From positions 1 to 53,336 of the forward strand of contig RFSG01000004.1 of assembly GCA_009924095.1 (NCBI GenBank): DNA of 53,336 nt, read 5' to 3'. Positions 48,806 to 53,336 of the stretch are shown here, piece after piece; the first letter of the stretch is position 1, and each line of letters begins with the position of its first letter. The notes under the pieces are model-generated. The model had not been told where the DNA came from, did no database searches, and saw nothing but the letters and a program-made list of their open reading frames with translations. This stretch comes from Sphingobacteriia bacterium. Its GTDB lineage: Bacteria; Bacteroidota; Bacteroidia; J057; RFSG01. A program made the position numbers and the translations under genes.

Positions 48806-51109
48806 TTAATCAAAATTAACTGAGCTTTGTTTACTTTCTTCCCCTGATTCGTATTGCCCTTGTTGTAAACGATAGCGTCTACAATCCAATTCAACATTAA
48901 AAGAATTGGGTCGCTCAAAGGTTTCCTTTCCTAAATGAATTGAAGAATCTTTATATACCTTTTGCATATAAATACCCCAAATGGGCAGTGCCATATTGGC
49001 TCCTTGTCCGTAGGTAATAGATCTAAAATGTACACTACGATCGGCGCATCCAACCCAAACGCCAGAAACCAATTTAGGGGTAATTCCCATAAACCAACCA
49101 TCAGAATGATTTTGAGTGGTTCCGGTTTTTCCTCCAATATCTTGTGTTAAATGATATCTGAAACGAAGGCGGCCTGCGGTTCCCCCAGGTTCATTTACTC
49201 CACCCTTTAACATATCTACCATTAAATAGGCAGTTTCTTCGCTGATGGCTTCTCGGGAGGCTCCTTTAAATTCATCAATTAATTTCCCGTGTTTATCTTC
49301 TATTCTGGTAATAAAAATGGGTTCATTCCAACGTCCTTTATTGGCAATGGTTGCATAACCACCGGTTAATTCCATTACACTTAAATCTGTTGTTCCTAAA
49401 CAAAGAGAATACACCGGATCTAATTCCGATTCAATTCCCATTTTATGCGCATAATCAACTACTACTTGAGGGCCAATTTGTTTGATTATTTGAGCAGTAA
49501 TTAAATTCACGGAAGTAGCTAACGCTCTTCGTAAGGTCATTTTCCCACCATATTTTCCATCTGAATTTTTAGGTGCCCATAATAAAGACCCATCTTCCCG
49601 ATAAAAATAAACTGGTTGATTTAACATTTCATCACAAGGAGAAAATCCATTATCAAAGGCTGCGGTATATACGAAGGGTTTAAAAGTAGAACCTACTTGG
49701 CGCTTCCCTTGTTTAACATGGTCATATTGAAAAAAATTATGGTCTAATCCACCAACCCAAGCTTTAATATGGCCATTGGTAGGATCTAAAGAAACAAATC
49801 CAGTCTCTAAGAATTTATTATAATATTGAAGCGAATCCCAAGGCGACATCACAGTATCAATGTGATTTCTTTTTCCATCTCTCCAAATAAATACTTCCAT
49901 ATTTATCGGTGTTTTAAATTCTGCAAGAATTTCTTTTTCATTTTTACCCGCAACATTTTTTGCATATAAATATCGGAAAGATTGACGCATAGCTCTTTCC
50001 AAAATTGATTTGTCTTGTTTCCAAGGTTCTTTACCTGTAATATGTTTATCAAATAAAGGTTGTAAAGAGGATAAATGTTCAGCAACTGCCTCTTCTGCAT
50101 AACGCTGCATACGGGAATCGAGGGTGGTATATATTTTTAATCCATCCGTATATAAATTAAAACCTCTTTCTTTCGCCCATTTTTTTAAATATTTTCTAAG
50201 ATATTCTCTGAAATATGTGGCAATTCCAGAATTATGATTAATCGGAGAATAATGAATTAATAATTCTTTTGCTTTTGATTTTTCTGCTTGTTCCTCAGAA
50301 ATAAATCCATTTTCCTGCATTAATTCAATAACTGTATTTCTGCGATTATAGGCTCTTTCTCTACTTCTTTCATTTAATACCGGATTATATCGGGTAGTTC
50401 CTTTGAGCATTGCAATTAATAAGGCTGCTTCTTCAATTTTTAGTTCAGAACAATGTTTGTCAAAATATACTTTTGCTCCAGCCTGAATGCCATAAGTATT
50501 TCCGCCAAAGGAAACAGTATTTAAATAGGAATTCAGAATTTCATCTTTTGTATATAATCGTTCCAAAACAATAGAAACAATCATCTCTTTAATTTTTCGA
50601 AGATATTTACTGTCTATCCATCTTTTTTCCTGATGAAACTCTTCTTGTTGTTCAATATCATATCCCGTTTGTTGATCATATAAATTACGAGCAAGTTGCA
50701 TGGTTAAAGTACTTGCACCTCTGAAATGTGCACGGGTAATTCCATCAAAAACTGCAACAAATAATCCTTTTAAATCAATTCCCGGGTGTTCGTAAAATCT
50801 TCGATCCTCAGTAGCTATCAAAGCATGAATTACATAAGGGGAAATAGAATCTAAAGAAATGTTTTCTCTAAATTCATGGAAATAAAAATTACCTAACAAT
50901 GCTGGGCGACCCGATTCATCTACATCTGAAGAAAAAATCTGACTGGACAAATCAATTTGTGGATTTTCAATATCTCTTTGTAGATTCGGCATGGTAACTA
51001 ATACATAGGCAACAAACCCCATAAATAGTAGGGTAAAGCCTATCGTTATCCAGAGAAAAACTCTGCGATAAAATTTAAATTCCGGATTAAATTTAAATCC
51101 TGCCATCAT
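48806..51109 (-). CDS. Class A penicillin-binding protein (PBP1A family)
   Basis: TM anchor, EDRRFYEH.GID, GASTLTMQLA, RK.KE, STFK, SVN, KTGTT. Confidence 0.95.
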   Translation of the reverse strand: MMAGFKFNPEFKFYRRVFLWITIGFTLLFMGFVAYVLVTMPNLQRDIENPQIDLSSQIFSSDVDESGRPALLGNFYFHEFRENISLDSISPYVIHALIATEDRRFYEHPGIDLKGLFVAVFDGITRAHFRGASTLTMQLARNLYDQQTGYDIEQQEEFHQEKRWIDSKYLRKIKEMIVSIVLERLYTKDEILNSYLNTVSFGGNTYGIQAGAKVYFDKHCSELKIEEAALLIAMLKGTTRYNPVLNERSRERAYNRRNTVIELMQENGFISEEQAEKSKAKELLIHYSPINHNSGIATYFREYLRKYLKKWAKERGFNLYTDGLKIYTTLDSRMQRYAEEAVAEHLSSLQPLFDKHITGKEPWKQDKSILERAMRQSFRYLYAKNVAGKNEKEILAEFKTPINMEVFIWRDGKRNHIDTVMSPWDSLQYYNKFLETGFVSLDPTNGHIKAWVGGLDHNFFQYDHVKQGKRQVGSTFKPFVYTAAFDNGFSPCDEMLNQPVYFYREDGSLLWAPKNSDGKYGGKMTLRRALATSVNLITAQIIKQIGPQVVVDYAHKMGIESELDPVYSLCLGTTDLSVMELTGGYATIANKGRWNEPIFITRIEDKHGKLIDEFKGASREAISEETAYLMVDMLKGGVNEPGGTAGRLRFRYHLTQDIGGKTGTTQNHSDGWFMGITPKLVSGVWVGCADRSVHFRSITYGQGANMALPIWGIYMQKVYKDSSIHLGKETFERPNSFNVELDCRRYRLQQGQYESGEESKQSSVNFD

Positions 51110-51117
51110 ACTAGGCA

Positions 51118-51125
51118 CAAAGTTA
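51118..51125 (-). promoter_or_regulatory. Bacteroidota -7 promoter element TAACTTTG for the PBP gene
   Basis: Exact consensus 8 nt upstream of ATG 51109. Confidence 0.55.
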
Positions 51126-51171
51126 AGGGTTCAATTCTATTTGGCAATTCCTGCGTATTTTCCATATTCAC

Positions 51172-53334
51172 TTATTTTCCAGCTAACATTTCAATGTGAT
51201 TTTTTTCAAAATAGGATATATACTCTTCGAGCATATTTTTTTGAATACAGGTATTAAAGTTTTTGCGTGTAATAAATACAATATCTTTTCCTGGATTTTT
51301 GGGTAAGGTATTAAATTGAGAATTCGATTTTAATTCCTGAATATATTTCCAAGCAAATCGGTAATTTATAAATTTAGATATAATACTTACATATTGCTGA
51401 CGATATAATACTCCGGTCATAGCAAGATTCTCTGAAGCATATTTCTCTCCATGAAGATTAGAGAATTTAATTTTAAGTTCATTTATATTTAGTTTGTTGT
51501 TTTCAACAATGAACAATACCATTACCTCATCTCCAGGAGAAATTGTGGGCGTAAATAGGGAAGAGTTTAGGTTGTCTTTATTGGGGCTAATTTTAGGAGG
51601 AGTCTGAGGAGGAGTACTTCCGGCTGATTTTGATCCATCCAATAATTCCAAGGTACGTTTTGCAATAGGGGTAGATTCTGCTTCGGGATAATTATCAATT
51701 AAATATTTATACATATATCGCATGCTATCTATATTTCCCATTTTACCAAAACTTAATCCTTTCATATATAGTACTGCAGGGAACTTGGGTTTCTCAGGGA
51801 AGGTTTCTAAAATATAATTACAAAAATCAATTACAGTTTGATAATCCTTGGTTACAGAATACACCTGGAATAATGCACTATACGCTCCATCGAAGGTTTG
51901 TTCTGATTTTCTAAGTTCATCTGTAATACTTTGACTTCTAATTAATCGGGCATATAAAGAATTAGGATGTTGATTTAAAATATAATTTTTGTAATTATTT
52001 GCTTTAGGAGATTTTAAATCTTTATAAATTGTATATAGGGCATATTGTGATTTCAAAAAATTAACCGATTCTGGATATCGTTTAATTAATCTTTCATAAT
52101 AGGGAATTGCTTTTTCGGGAAGATTTAATTTTTTATGATAGATTTGGGCAATCCCAAACAGGGCTAAATCTATTTTTTCATTACTTACCTTTTTCTCTTC
52201 GTCGGTAAGGGGAATATCTCGATAATATTTCTTTCGGATGGCTTCGGGATCCTCTTGGGAAGAAGATTTATTTTCCTTTGTTTTTTCATCTGATGAAGAA
52301 TTACCACTATTCCCTACTTTTTGAGATCTTCTCCAATTGTCTTCATTTTTACGGTTACCCCATATTTTTTGGAATTGAATTTTACCCGCACCACTTTGTT
52401 TAGGGTCATCAAATGAAAATGCGGAAGAAGCTAAGGTGTTATTGGAATTTAATTGTTGTTGTTGATTTAAAATTCGAGTCATTTCTTGATTTTCCTCGAG
52501 TAATCGAAGGCTATCTTCCATGTTTTCCTTTCTTCTCTTATCCTCTTTAATTAATTTATCAATTAATTGATCTCTTTTAGCAGAAGGCATTCCGGCTAAT
52601 TTTAGCATACTATCCTGATAAGTTAAGGTTTCATAATACACTACATATTCTTTTAAAATTGCCGACATAGATTTTACTTCTTTATATTCCGGAGCATCTT
52701 CTTTTACTAAGGATGCTGCGCTATCAAAATATAATTGGGCTTGGGGGTAATTTTCTTTTTCATGAAAATAAAGGGAGCCGCTTTTATAGTAGGATAAAGA
52801 TTTTTGTCGAGTATTCGTGGTACTTACATCGAGCGATTTCTGTAAATAGGATAATGCTTTATCATAATTAGGTTTACGAATTTCAAGCATTGCAAATTCA
52901 TAATAAATTTGATCTAAGAAATCTTTATTTTTTTCGTCACGTAATAATTCTTTTAACAAACGATTTATTTCAGCACTTCGACTGGCCAGAGAAGGTTGGT
53001 TAGCGATAAGTCTAACAAGTTGTAATCGTGCATTAAATACCAAGGCATAATCTGTATTTAATTTAATTACATTCGTAAATCCTTCATAAGCTTTGGGGAA
53101 TTTATTATTCTTAGCATATAATTGACCTAATAAATACCAGGCTCTTGCTTTTTGTTTTCTTCCGGGAATACTTTCAATATTTTCTGCCAGAACTGTTTCA
53201 GCTTTATCGTATTTTTCTTTTTCGATATATAAGCGAGTTTCGAGTGCTGCTACTTCACCGCGTAAATTTTTAGGTAATTGTGATTTTTTTAAATTTTTCT
53301 CACAGAAGTTTAAAGCTTTATCTGGATATCCAGA
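51172..53334 (-). CDS. sprE: T9SS TPR lipoprotein SprE/PorW (5' end outside the window)
   Basis: Frame is open to the right edge; KARAWYLLGQLY, FNARL, DQIYY, QDS.L, FQKIWGNRKNEDNWRRS; adjacent to the PBP gene. Confidence 0.85.
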   Translation of the reverse strand, partial: SGYPDKALNFCEKNLKKSQLPKNLRGEVAALETRLYIEKEKYDKAETVLAENIESIPGRKQKARAWYLLGQLYAKNNKFPKAYEGFTNVIKLNTDYALVFNARLQLVRLIANQPSLASRSAEINRLLKELLRDEKNKDFLDQIYYEFAMLEIRKPNYDKALSYLQKSLDVSTTNTRQKSLSYYKSGSLYFHEKENYPQAQLYFDSAASLVKEDAPEYKEVKSMSAILKEYVVYYETLTYQDSMLKLAGMPSAKRDQLIDKLIKEDKRRKENMEDSLRLLEENQEMTRILNQQQQLNSNNTLASSAFSFDDPKQSGAGKIQFQKIWGNRKNEDNWRRSQKVGNSGNSSSDEKTKENKSSSQEDPEAIRKKYYRDIPLTDEEKKVSNEKIDLALFGIAQIYHKKLNLPEKAIPYYERLIKRYPESVNFLKSQYALYTIYKDLKSPKANNYKNYILNQHPNSLYARLIRSQSITDELRKSEQTFDGAYSALFQVYSVTKDYQTVIDFCNYILETFPEKPKFPAVLYMKGLSFGKMGNIDSMRYMYKYLIDNYPEAESTPIAKRTLELLDGSKSAGSTPPQTPPKISPNKDNLNSSLFTPTISPGDEVMVLFIVENNKLNINELKIKFSNLHGEKYASENLAMTGVLYRQQYVSIISKFINYRFAWKYIQELKSNSQFNTLPKNPGKDIVFITRKNFNTCIQKNMLEEYISYFEKNHIEMLAGK

Positions 53335-53336
53335 TA

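Noticed and set aside
1780-50100. Numerous short overlapping or antisense ORFs in the track
   Set aside because: They lie within well-supported genes on other frames and show no independent motifs.
40714-53336. porP-gldKLMN next to uvrC-PBP1A-sprE as a novel system
   Set aside because: Well-known T9SS/gliding genes in an arrangement familiar from other Bacteroidota.

Overview
Chromosomal window from a Bacteroidota genome. Evidence: TAnnTTTG promoter boxes, no obvious Shine-Dalgarno motifs, and the T9SS/gliding genes porP-gldKLMN and sprE/porW. Mostly housekeeping: yceD-rpmF-plsX-fabH-accB-accC, pfkA, bcp, an M23 peptidase, oligoendopeptidase F, comA, ispF, hemC-hemD, uvrC and a class A PBP. 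I found no rRNA, tRNA, CRISPR array or transposase. The most interesting element is a minus-strand cell-envelope acylation cluster (12.5-19.7 kb). It joins a DltA-like stand-alone adenylation enzyme, a GNAT and a carrier protein to a peptidoglycan O-acetylation-type module (SGNH, SGNH+2xLysM, and an MBOAT ending in a DltX-like Tyr hexapeptide). This suggests carrier-protein-dependent (N-acetyl)aminoacylation of an envelope glycan, which is an inference. Also noted: a PDZ-TM-GAF-like sensor missed by the ORF track, a gene broken by one in-frame TGA beside a REP-like hairpin, a GH2-sugar-binding/DUF4271 fusion whose terminal codons spell a promoter, and a WD40-Omp85 protein with an apparently dead peptidase domain. 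All family calls come from motif recognition by eye; no searches were run.
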